A stretch of DNA of 64,000 nt from an uncultured delta proteobacterium (lineage in GTDB: Bacteria; Desulfobacterota; WTBG01; CAIYCZ01; CAIRTM01): NCBI GenBank assembly GCA_963804955.1, contig CAWDSQ010000022.1, positions 93,231 to 157,230 of the forward strand. The letters run 5' to 3'. Both the position numbers and the translations under genes were made by a program. Each line of letters opens with the position of its first letter. Within the stretch, counting starts at the first letter, position 1. The notes under the pieces were generated by a model. That model saw nothing but the letters and a program-made list of their open reading frames with translations, had not been told where the DNA came from and searched no databases. Positions 45,293 through 54,978 of this stretch are shown here, piece by piece.

Positions 45293-46788
45293 TCAAATCT
45301 GTTCGCACTTGATGCGCAGGGGAGACTGCTTGGCCTCTTTTTTGAGACGCGCAAGGAGCAGGCCGATCTCTTCCAGCGACAGGCTGCTGCGGTTTTTCGA
45401 CAGGTGCAAAAATACCGCGCTCACGCTCAGCAGCGGAAAGCGCCGCTCCGTACCGTCGCGGTCAATACCGTTGAGATAGCCGTTGCTGCGGTCCCGCTCG
45501 CTGTAAAAAGCCAGAATGTCTTCTCGGAAGCGTCGAATGAGCATTTGCGTGCTAGTCAGAAGGTGGCCGCGGTTTTTTTCAGTCACCTTCACTCCCGAAA
45601 AAAAATCATCACCCCCGATATGACCGATAAAAGCGCCGCCGTTGGCGCAGGATTTCAGCTGGTCGGCAAACAGCAGAATCGCGCGGTCGCCCACACGAAA
45701 GCCGTAGGTGTCGTTGAAGGGCTTGAAATTGTCGAAGTCGAAATACACATAAACATAATCATGATTCAGATCGTAAAACGATTCGGCGATATAGGTGTTG
45801 ATGAGGCTGTTGCCCGGCAGTTTCGTCAGCGGATTCTGGTCGCGGGCTATGGCGATATTTTTTTCATTCAGGGCTTTCAGCAAAGCCCGTGCGCTCATGA
45901 ACCCGATATAGCTGTCGTCGCTGGTGAGTATGATGCCCTCTGAGCGTTCATCCAGCGCATATATATCCAGGATTTCTTCAAGGGTTTTATGAACATCAAC
46001 AACGGGGCAGCGCGAAATGAAGTCGTACAGGGTCTTGCTCAGCCCGGCATTGAGCAGCAAATCCTTGCCGTAGCGTGAGTAGGCGTATTCCTTGAGATCT
46101 TTCTCCATAATGAGCCCCAGGGGCTCGTCCTTTTCATTTACTACTGGAATAAAAGTCTGAGCCTTGTGCCGGCGGAACTCCTCAAACACCTGTGTCATGT
46201 TGGTGCGGTCGATCCGGACGGGCGAGATGAATTCCATCTGGTCGGTTATGATTCGGTGGTCGGTGTTGTGCAGGCGGCGCTCCACCCGGCTCAAGGCGGG
46301 CACGTTTTCATACTTGAAGCTGATGCGGCTGCAGTCGAGCTGGGGCTCCTGAATGAGGTATCCCTGGACGTAATCGCAGCCGATATCCTTGCACACATGA
46401 AATTCGTCGATCGATTCCACCCCTTCGGCGATGACCGCAATGCCCAGCGTGTGGGCAAGGCTGAGCACTTTGAAGACGAACAGCCTTTTTTTTTGGTCCG
46501 CGGCGATGCCGGCGATGAAAAAACGGTCTATTTTAATGTAGTCGGGCTCCGCGTGATAGAGCAGCTGCAGCCCGGAAAAGCCGGTCCCGAAATCGTCAAC
46601 GGCAATGCGGTAGCCCTGCTGCTTATAGGTGGTGAGCGTCGTTTTGATGCTGTTGAAGCATTCGAACTGGTGGCGCTCGGAAAGCTCGAAGCAGACCGCG
46701 CTGGGCGGCAGGCCATGCCGCTCAAGTATAGCGGAGGTGTTGCCGGGCCGGTAATCGGGCATGTGCAGAACGCGATTGTCGATATTAT
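45293..46788 (-). CDS. EAL-CBS-GGDEF protein, N-terminus cut by junction
   Basis: ELSE, IAVDDFGTG, IKID, AEGVE, QGY; FKPFNDTYG, HIGGDDF. Confidence 0.88.
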
Positions 46789-46854
46789 TCCGGTGGCGGA
46801 AATCCCGCGCGTGCGTGCGGCGGCACAGGGTCTGATCCCCGAGTTCATCATCTC

Positions 46855-47979
46855 ATGACCTCCCGCGAACGAGTCATCGCCGCCCTGAACTTCGAGCCGC
46901 CGGATCGCCTGCCGGTCAACGACTCGCTTTGGGACGGCCTGCAAGCGGACTGGATCAAAGAAGGCATGCCCTGCAATGTGACGCCCGCCGATCACTTCGG
47001 CTGGGACATCGAAAGCATGTTCATTGACGCCTCGGCGCGGTTCGACATGAAAGTTCTATCGCGCGCCGACGGATTTATCACGTTCGAGGATCGCGCGGGC
47101 TACACCGTGCGCAAGGCCGAGGGTCGCAGCGGCACGCTGGATTTTCAGGACCACAAGACCAAAACCCGCGACGATTGGGAAAACGTGACCAAGCCGCGCA
47201 TGGTACTCGACGATCCGAGCGGCACGGCGCGGATTGATTCGGCTAGTTACTTCTGCCATCTCGATCCCTATCCGACCTGGGCAGAGGCAAAGGCGAAATT
47301 CGACACCATTTACACGCGCGGTCGGTTCATCACGTTCGCCGCGTATGGCCCGTGGGAAGCGACCTGGCGGCATCACGCGATGGACGAGTTGCTGCTGGAC
47401 GTGCTCGAAGACCCGGAGTGGTGCGCCGACATGTTCGCGACCTACACCAACCTGTTGATCGCAATCCTTCAGCGCGGCCTCGACCACGGCCTGAAGCCCG
47501 ACGGCATTTTTCTGGTCGAGGACATGGGTTTCAAAACCTCGCTTCTCATCAGTCCGCAGACTTGGGATGGGCTGCTGCGGCCATGCTACGAGCGGATCAA
47601 AGAGTTGCTCCGTCGGCACGGCATCCGGTTTCTCATGCACACCGACGGGCGCATGTGGGATTTGCTGCCGCGCCTGATCGAAGTCGGCGTCGAGGCGCTG
47701 AACCCGTTCGAGTGCGCCGCCGGGATGGACATCGCCGAATTGCGCCGCCGGTATCCGCGCACGCTGACCTGCTACGGCAACCTCAGCGCAACTGGATTGC
47801 TCAGTGACCGCTCCGCGCTCGAAACGGAGTTGCAGCGCAAAATTCCCTTAGCCACCGGCGGCGGCTTCATCATGCACTCGGACCATTCGATCCCCTTCGG
47901 CGTGGGCTACGAGCAATACCGCTGGGTCTGCCAACGCGCTCAGGAAATATTCGCCGCCACCCGGCAAGCCGGTTCTTGA
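46855..47979 (+). CDS. Uroporphyrinogen decarboxylase-family (MtaA/CmuA-like) protein
   Basis: MTSRERV..PDRLP, EDMGFK..LLISP, HTDG, GGFIMHSDHSIP. Confidence 0.88.
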   Translation: MTSRERVIAALNFEPPDRLPVNDSLWDGLQADWIKEGMPCNVTPADHFGWDIESMFIDASARFDMKVLSRADGFITFEDRAGYTVRKAEGRSGTLDFQDHKTKTRDDWENVTKPRMVLDDPSGTARIDSASYFCHLDPYPTWAEAKAKFDTIYTRGRFITFAAYGPWEATWRHHAMDELLLDVLEDPEWCADMFATYTNLLIAILQRGLDHGLKPDGIFLVEDMGFKTSLLISPQTWDGLLRPCYERIKELLRRHGIRFLMHTDGRMWDLLPRLIEVGVEALNPFECAAGMDIAELRRRYPRTLTCYGNLSATGLLSDRSALETELQRKIPLATGGGFIMHSDHSIPFGVGYEQYRWVCQRAQEIFAATRQAGS

Positions 47980-48210
47980 TTTGAAAGAGACCGCTCGACA
48001 AACAGCCTTCGAGTCCCAGAATTTGGAATATGTTCCATCGTTTTACCCAAGCTATTTTCCCGAGTGCCATCCCAACTAGACTCTCCCATGCGCAGGCGGG
48101 CAAAACAGGGCAGGCCGGAACCGGAGGCGCTTCCCGGCTTCCGTATTGGTCATACCCCCCACCCACATTTCCTTCTCGACACCGTTCGAGGTCGCATCCA
48201 CAATCCCGCC

Positions 48211-48672
48211 ATGGCCAAGAAGAAGACCACCAGGAAGAAGTCAGCGGCGAAAAAAGCCGCCGCAACACAGGAGACCGCACCTGCCGCGGCACCCCGGAAC
48301 CGGGCTCCCAACAAGAAGAAAGCATCCCCCAAATCAGCCAGACGCTATACCGACCAGGAGAAGGCCGAGATCGTCCAGTTTGTGCGCGATCACGACAAGG
48401 CCCACGGCAGAGGTGGTCAAACCGCCGCCGTGAAGAAGTATGGTATCACCCCGATCACGGTGGCGAAGTGGTTGAAGGCTGCCGGGACCAAGACGCGGAA
48501 ACCTGTGGTCCGCGAGGAAACGGCAGCGCCAGTTGCGGTGCCCGCACACCCGAACGAGAACCCCGTGGTCGATACCCGGGATTCCCTGGATACCCTGCAG
48601 CGCATGGTCGCGATTCAGCAGCAGATCGGGGAACTGCGGTGCGAGTTTGAGGGGCTGAAAGGGAAGCTGTGA
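48211..48672 (+). CDS. Small HTH-like protein with Lys/Ala-rich N-terminus
   Basis: RYTDQEKAEIV...GRGGQTAAVKKYGITPITVAKWLK; coiled-coil C-terminus. Confidence 0.7.
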   Translation: MAKKKTTRKKSAAKKAAATQETAPAAAPRNRAPNKKKASPKSARRYTDQEKAEIVQFVRDHDKAHGRGGQTAAVKKYGITPITVAKWLKAAGTKTRKPVVREETAAPVAVPAHPNENPVVDTRDSLDTLQRMVAIQQQIGELRCEFEGLKGKL

Positions 48673-48696
48673 CGACGGGGCCTGTGGATCGCTGAC

Positions 48697-51085
48697 ATGG
48701 AAATCGCACTCCAAGGGCACCCCCTCCTTCCCGGCCTATCCGGTAGACGGGCCCGGGCGGGCGGAAAAAGCGGCTTCCTATCAGCGACCGTCCTGCTGTC
48801 TGTCCTGGTCCACGCCGGCAGCGCTGCCGAGTTCCACGTGAGCAAGACGGGGTCGGACGACACGGCGGGCACGGCGCAGAAACCCTTCCGTACGCTCGCC
48901 AAGGCGGTCACAGCCCTGCATCCCGGCGACACATGCATTATCCATGAGGGAGTCTACCGGGAGACCATGACCGTCCCGCGTTCGGGCAAGCCGGACAGCC
49001 CGATCCGCATTCAGGCTGCCTCCGGTGCCCGCGTGGTGATCTCGGCCTGCGAACCGCTCGAAACGAGCTGGATCCGGCAGGAAAACGGTGTCTACGCCGC
49101 CAAGATCGACCCGCCCCCGGCGCAACTTTTCTTCGCTGGGCAGATGGCCCAGGAGGCATGTTGGCCCAACGGGGCGCACGGCGATCTCATGGACAGGCCG
49201 TGCGTCAAGGCGGAAGAGGGAACGGGCTACGAGCAGATCGTTTGCAGTAAGCTGCCTCCGGGAGACTTCAACGGCGGCTACGCGCTGATCTGGCGGGGCG
49301 GTGCGTGGACGAACGCGACGGTCCGCATCAAGGACTACCGTCCCGGCCAATCCCTGGCCTTCGACCCGCCCTTTAAGCCCCAGAGCGATCAATACCACCA
49401 GGGCGATGCCTTCAAACCTCGGTCGGGAAACCGCTTCCTGCTCTTGGGTTCGCTGGCCGCGCTCGACGCGCCCGGCGAATGGCTGGCCGATCCGGACACC
49501 GGCCTGACGTTCTTCCTGCCGCCGGCCGGCAAAGCCCCCGAAGATCTTCCGTTCGAGATCAAGGCCCGTGATCAGACCCTCGTTCTCCGCGGATGCAGCC
49601 ATGTCGAAGTGACGGGCATCGAACTTTTCGCCGGCGCATTGGACCTGACCGGCGCGAGTCACTGCCTTTTGGAAAACGTCCGGAGCTTCTACAGCAATCA
49701 CTTCACCCGCACCGCCCAGCAGCGTGCCTCCCTATCCGGTCAACCGGGTCCATGGTGACCACAACACGATCCGCCGTTGCCACATCGCCTACTCGGCCGG
49801 AACGGGACTCGACATCCAGGGCGAGGGCAATGCGCTCAGCAACTGTGTCATTCACGACATCGGCTACATGGGGACCTATGACGGTGCGGTGCAGGTGAAG
49901 GCGACCAGGGGAACGGTCATCGATCACTGCAGCATCTACCGCTCCGGACGCGACCTGATCCTGCACCACCAGGCCGAGAAGCTGCGGATCACGTACTGCG
50001 ACCTGCACCATGCGGTTATGCTGAACGACGACGCCGGCGCAACCTACGCCTGGGGGACGGACGGCAAGGGCACTGTCATCGCCTACAACTGGGTCCACCA
50101 CAGCGTCCAAAACCACACGGTAGGCATCTACCTGGACAACTTCTGCAAGAACTTCGTGGTCCACCACAACGTGGTCTGGGCCTGCGGTTCCTCGGGCATC
50201 ACGCTCAACTGCGACGCCCACAACCACCTGGTCGCCAACAACACCATCGCCCAATGCCCCAAGGCGTTCGGCACGTTCGCCTATCATCGCTACACGCCGG
50301 ATCAGACCGGCACGCGGATCGTGAATAACCTGCTCCTCGCCCACTTCGACCCTATCGATCCGAGCCACGTGATCTCCGGCGCGAAGGGTGCGACACTCGA
50401 GGCGAACGGTCCCGGTGCCGTCGACGCGGCCGGCATGCCGACAGCGGACTCGAAGGCCATCGATGCGGGCGTCGTCATTTCCGGAATCACCGACGGCTTC
50501 TGCGGTCCGGCGCCGGACCTCGGCGCTTACGAACACGGAGGGACTCTCTGGCGACCCGGTGCGGATTGGGATCCAGCGCCCACGCCTCGGCCCGAAATTG
50601 CCTTTTTGCCGCAAGCCAAGGTCACGGAACAGACGATGTTGCAGGACGGGTTGCTGCTCTGGCTCGACGCATCCGCCGAGAGCACGTTGCAGCAGACAAA
50701 CGGTGCCTTGACACGCTGGCACGACCGGCGGATGAACGGGCGGGCGGCGGTGGCGGGCGCGGGGTTCACCGCGATCGCGGGGATGCAGCGGACCATCGTT
50801 CACTGCAACGGCGAGTCTGGTCTTGATGCCGGCACGCTTCGGGCAGCAAAGGGCCCTGCCACGGTCCTGGTCGTGGCAAGCTCGGCCAGCACCGCGGCCA
50901 AGCCGTGGCAGCGGATCTTCGTGTCCTGGTCCGGTGAAGGTCCCGATTGGGTCAACCCCAGCTTCCTCATCATGCGTCCCCACGGCGAAAATCCGGCGCC
51001 CTTCGAGCCGCGTATCTTCCTCGCCGAGCACGCCAATGCGGCGGTGCTCGATAACGTCCACCTCGCCAGTTCCGCGCAGGGGGGC
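48697..51085 (+). CDS. Secreted right-handed beta-helix (pectate-lyase-like) protein; indel ~49720, truncated at junction
   Basis: FHVSKTGSDD..GT..PFRT, GVYRE, LDAPGEW, GIYLDN, APDLGAYE. Confidence 0.82.
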
Positions 51086-52142
51086 CGGGCAGAGTTTCCT
51101 CGACCAGTGTCAGGGTCTCACCCGGCTTCCGCCAGATCACATTCCCCTGGATCAGTCCATCCCCGAACCGTATGCCGGTCTGACCGACCACGAAGGTGTT
51201 GTGGAGCACCGTGCCGAAGACGGCACTTTCGCCCGCGCCGGGCTCCTGCACAAGCAGGTTGTCGATCGCCGTCCCGCCGCTCACCACCAGGTCTGCGGTG
51301 GCGCTCCCGGGACCCACGAAGTTGTGGACCAGCACATTGTGGGTGACGACGCCACTCCGGGTGCGGATGCCGTACCCGTGGTTGCCGAAGAAGGCGTTGC
51401 CCTCGATCGTTCCCCCCCGCGTGGCGACGCCCCCGATGCCGGCACCGCAGTAGAAGCTCATGTTGCCCATGAAGACGTTGTCTCGGATCACCGGATTGGC
51501 GCTGGAGGCATCGATGGCGCCGCAACGCGTGTTCTCCAGGAAGAGATTGTCCCGGATCAACGGGGCGCCACCGGCTCCAATCTTGACCGCCGGCTTCTGG
51601 TTGCCGTTCCCCTCGAAGAAGCCCTGGACGGTGAATCCCTGCAGCACCGCCCCGGAGGTCTCTTCCCCGCTGAAGGCGACCACCGGCCCCTTGGCCAGGT
51701 TGGCGGCGAGGATGGTGACCGCCGGACCGGAAGTGCTCCTGATCACCACGTCTTTGCCCCGGAAACTGATGGCCCCTTCGTAGCGGCCCGGGGCGACGGT
51801 GATCGTGTCCCCATCGGCCGCAGCGTCGATGGCGGACTGGATCGTGGGGAAGCGGCCCGGCACATCGGCATCCCGGGCCCGGGCGGGCTCGGTGCCAGCC
51901 TCGGGCATGGCCCCGTGCCAGACCCGTCCCTCCCCGGGAGGACGCACGGCAAGGCCGCCGAGAGCCGCCTCCGTCATCTGGGCCCGGCCCATCAACTCGG
52001 GGCTCGTCTCGGGTGCCGCCGTTTCAGACACGGCTCCAACCGGCAGCCCTGGGGCGGCCATTGCCAGCACCGCGCACGCCGTCACGGCCAGCCCGACCAT
52101 CGTCCGAGGACGAGTCGATCGTCCCTGATAGGGCTCCATCAC
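51085..52142 (-). CDS. Secreted parallel beta-helix protein, C-terminus cut by junction
   Basis: Signal peptide; VPGRFPTIQSAIDAAADGDTITVAPGRY. Confidence 0.75.
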
Positions 52143-52419
52143 ACCCCCCGAAGGTCCGTCTGTGACGGCGGAATGCTACCGGGCCATGGGCGGCCGGGTC
52201 TTTCCCGGTCCCCGAGAAGCCGGAGGCGGTTCCCTTCCCCGGCCCGGCAGGAGGAGCCCGTCGGCAGACCGGGCTCTGGTCACAGAAGGACCGCAACGCA
52301 TGCCCCAGATCCGTGCAGGAGCTCCTCTCGCCCCGCCGGGCGAGCCCGCTGCCTCTCCGGCACCGGCCGGCCGTAAGGCCCTGCTGCTTGCCGCCGGCCG
52401 CTCGCTACGCTGCGCCGCC

Positions 52420-53265
52420 GTGCCCGGTTTCCTCGCCTTCCACGCCCACCCCGACGACGAGTCGCTCTCTATGGGAGGCACCCTGGCGCGCTACGCCGCC
52501 GCCGGGGAGCAGGTGGTGGTGGTCACCGCCACCCGGGGCGAGGTGGGGGAGATCCTCAACCACGACGACCCCGAGTCAGTGCGGGAGAGCCTGGGTGAAA
52601 TCCGCGAGGCGGAACTGCGCGCCGCCTGCGCCATCCTCGGCGTGACCACGGTGGAGTTGCTGGGCTACCACGACTCGGGCATGGCGGGCACCCCGGAGAA
52701 CGACCACCCCGGCGCCTTCTGCCGGGCCGATTTCATGGAGGCGGTGGGCCGCCTGGTGCGCCTCATCCGCCGCCACCGCCCCGCGGTGCTGACCGCCTAC
52801 GACGCCTTCGGCGGCTACGGGCACCCGGACCACATCCAGGTGCACCGGGTGGGCACCGCTGCCTTCTTCGGGGCGGCCGACATAGGCCGGTTCCCGCTGG
52901 AGGAAGGCGAGCAACCCTGGCAGCCGTCCAAGCTCTACTGGGTGACCTGGCCCCGGGAGCGGACCCGGCAGATGCGCCGGCTGATGGCGGAAGCCGGGCA
53001 GGTTCCTGCCGAGGAGGTCGAACGGGAGCCGGGGACCGGGACTATGGACGAGCACATTTCCACCTACCTCGATGTCGCCCCCTGGTTCGATCGCAAGTGG
53101 GAAGCCGTGGTGGCCCACCGCACCCAGATCGCCGAGACGGGGTGGTTCCTCTCCCTGCCCGAGGATGTGCGGCGCCGGGGCTTCAGCCGGGAAGCCTTCA
53201 TCCTGGCCTTCTCCCGAGTCGATGCCCCCACGGGCACCCCGGACCTCTTCGCCGGGCTTCGCTAG
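52420..53265 (+). CDS. PIG-L family deacetylase (MshB/Mca-like)
   Basis: HAHPDDE, YHDSGMAG, GGYGHPDHIQ, DLFAGL. Confidence 0.9.
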   Translation: MPGFLAFHAHPDDESLSMGGTLARYAAAGEQVVVVTATRGEVGEILNHDDPESVRESLGEIREAELRAACAILGVTTVELLGYHDSGMAGTPENDHPGAFCRADFMEAVGRLVRLIRRHRPAVLTAYDAFGGYGHPDHIQVHRVGTAAFFGAADIGRFPLEEGEQPWQPSKLYWVTWPRERTRQMRRLMAEAGQVPAEEVEREPGTGTMDEHISTYLDVAPWFDRKWEAVVAHRTQIAETGWFLSLPEDVRRRGFSREAFILAFSRVDAPTGTPDLFAGLR

Positions 53266-53289
53266 CCGCCCGGGGGTACGATCCCCGCG

Positions 53290-53769
53290 GTGATCGACCC
53301 GTCAGCCTTCGCCGTCGCCGGGGCGCCCGTCCGCCGGGTGGAGCACGAGGTCACCGTGGCCGCCCCGCCGCGCGACGCCTGGGACGCCTGGGTCGATCCG
53401 GTGCGGGTGGTGAACTTCCTGGGGGCAGAGGCCCGAATCGACCTGCGCATCGGCGGCCGCTACGAGATCCTGTTCCTGCTGGATGCGCCCGAGGGGCAGC
53501 AGGGAGCCGAGGGCTGCCGCCTGCTGGCCTACCTGCCGGGGGAGATGCTCGCCTTCTCGTGGAACGCCCCGCCGCAGTTGCCCGAGATCCGCTCGCGGTA
53601 CACCTGGGTGGTGGTGACCTTCCACGGCCCGCCCGAGGGGCCTACCCGCGTGCGCCTGGTGCACACCGGGTTCGGCGGCGGCCCGGTGTGGGACGAGGAC
53701 ATGGCCTACTTCAGCGCCGCCTGGGGCCGGGTGCTGGGCCGCCTGCGGGACTACCTCGGGGCGCCGTGA
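53290..53769 (+). CDS. SRPBCC/Aha1-domain protein
   Basis: IDLRIGGRYE, FSWNAPP, TRVRLVHTGF. Confidence 0.85.
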   Translation: MIDPSAFAVAGAPVRRVEHEVTVAAPPRDAWDAWVDPVRVVNFLGAEARIDLRIGGRYEILFLLDAPEGQQGAEGCRLLAYLPGEMLAFSWNAPPQLPEIRSRYTWVVVTFHGPPEGPTRVRLVHTGFGGGPVWDEDMAYFSAAWGRVLGRLRDYLGAP

Positions 53770-54578
53770 GCGCCGCCGGTCGCTGGCGCGAGCACCTGGA
53801 GGCCTGGGCCCTGCCGCCGGCGCTGCTGGCGGCGGTGCCCGACTCGCCCTACGAGTGGCCGGCCGACCTGTACCGGCGCCGGCAGCAGGTCGAGAGCGCG
53901 GGGCCGCCCGGCCCGACGGCCCGCCACGCGTTGGGCTTGCTCTCCCCGGGCGGGTCTCTGCTCGACGTAGGCGCCGGCACCGGCCGGGCCTCGCTGCCCA
54001 TCGCCGTCCGGGGGCACCCGTTGACGGCGGTGGAGCGCAACCCGGCCATGGCGCAGGCGCTGCGGGAAGAGGCGGAAGCAGCCGGGGTGGAGGTCCGGGT
54101 GGTCGAGGGCTCCTGGCCGGAGGCGGCCGCCGAGGCCGGGCGGCACGACGTTGCCCTGAGCGCCCACGTCGTCTACGACGTGGCCGATCTGGCGCCGTTC
54201 CTGCGGGCCCTGCACGCCGCCGCCAGGGTGGCGGTCCTGTTGGAGGTGGGGGAGCGGCATCCCTGGGCGAACCTGACCCCCTACTACCGTTCCCTGCACG
54301 GCCTCGACCGTCCCGATGGGCCCACGGCCGATCTGCTGGCAGAGGTGGTGGCGGAGGTGCTCGGGGTGCGGCCGGAAGCCGAGCGGTGGATCGGCCCGGA
54401 GCGGCTGCCTTTCGGCGACTCGGCGGCGTTGGTCGAGTTCTACCGGCGCCGCCTGCTCGTGCCGGTGGAGCGCGCGGCCGAACTGGCCGACCGCCTGGCC
54501 GGCGACGTCGTGGAGCGGGACGGGCGGTTCAGCCTGGGGGGCGAGCAGACGGTGGTGACGCTGTGGTGGGCCGTGTAG
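53766..54578 (+). CDS. Class I SAM-dependent methyltransferase
   Basis: LLDVGAGTG; GTGA overlap with the upstream gene. Confidence 0.85.
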   Translation: MSAAGRWREHLEAWALPPALLAAVPDSPYEWPADLYRRRQQVESAGPPGPTARHALGLLSPGGSLLDVGAGTGRASLPIAVRGHPLTAVERNPAMAQALREEAEAAGVEVRVVEGSWPEAAAEAGRHDVALSAHVVYDVADLAPFLRALHAAARVAVLLEVGERHPWANLTPYYRSLHGLDRPDGPTADLLAEVVAEVLGVRPEAERWIGPERLPFGDSAALVEFYRRRLLVPVERAAELADRLAGDVVERDGRFSLGGEQTVVTLWWAV

Positions 54579-54612
54579 CGCGGCCATCGTGGCCCAAGGG
54601 AGGGGGTTGGTC

Positions 54613-54862
54613 GGTCACGTCCACGGACGTGGTGTATGGGTGACACCGCGTCGGCCTCGTTGTCGTGTTTCTAGCCGGTTGGGGCGAGTGCTGCCAGGGG
54701 GTGCTCCTTTCGGTCGAGGTCGGGGTGGGGTGGGTCGAGGAGTCGGATGCGGGCCTGGGCGAGGCTGTCGAGGCTCATGTAGCGGCGTCCGATGGCCCAT
54801 TCGTCGTCTAGTTCGGCCATGACCGCGCCGACGAGTCGGATGATGGAGGGCCGGGTGGGGAA
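54613..54862 (-). mobile_element. IS256-family right-end remnant (transposase C-terminus and end sequence)
   Basis: FPTRPSIIRLVGAVMAELDDEW..RRY; terminal TACACCACGTCCGTGGACGTGACC. Confidence 0.75.
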
Positions 54863-54865
54863 TGC

Positions 54866-54952
54866 TGAACCTCCCCGGGTTTCTTGGAGGCTCTGGGGTG
54901 CCTTGGGTTTGGTGGAGGCGTTTAGGGTGCCTTGGGTTTGGTGGAGGCGTTT
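54866..54952. repeat. IS3/IS6110-like terminal repeat followed by two related 29-nt tandem units
   Basis: TGAACCTCCCCGGGTTTCTTGGAGGCTCT, then GGGTGCCTTGGGTTTGGTGGAGGCGTTT x2. Confidence 0.6.
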
Positions 54953-54978
54953 GACTGGAGTCATGCTGCCGAGGATTG

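Noticed and set aside
46855..47979. UroD-family gene as part of the tetrapyrrole cluster
   Set aside because: It lies beyond a junction in a different organism's DNA, and this family is mostly not true HemE
48211..48672. IS3 transposase OrfA
   Set aside because: HTH-like, but no OrfB/DDE domain or terminal repeats follow
54895..54952. Mini CRISPR array
   Set aside because: The two 28-bp copies are separated by 1 nt, with no spacers and no cas genes
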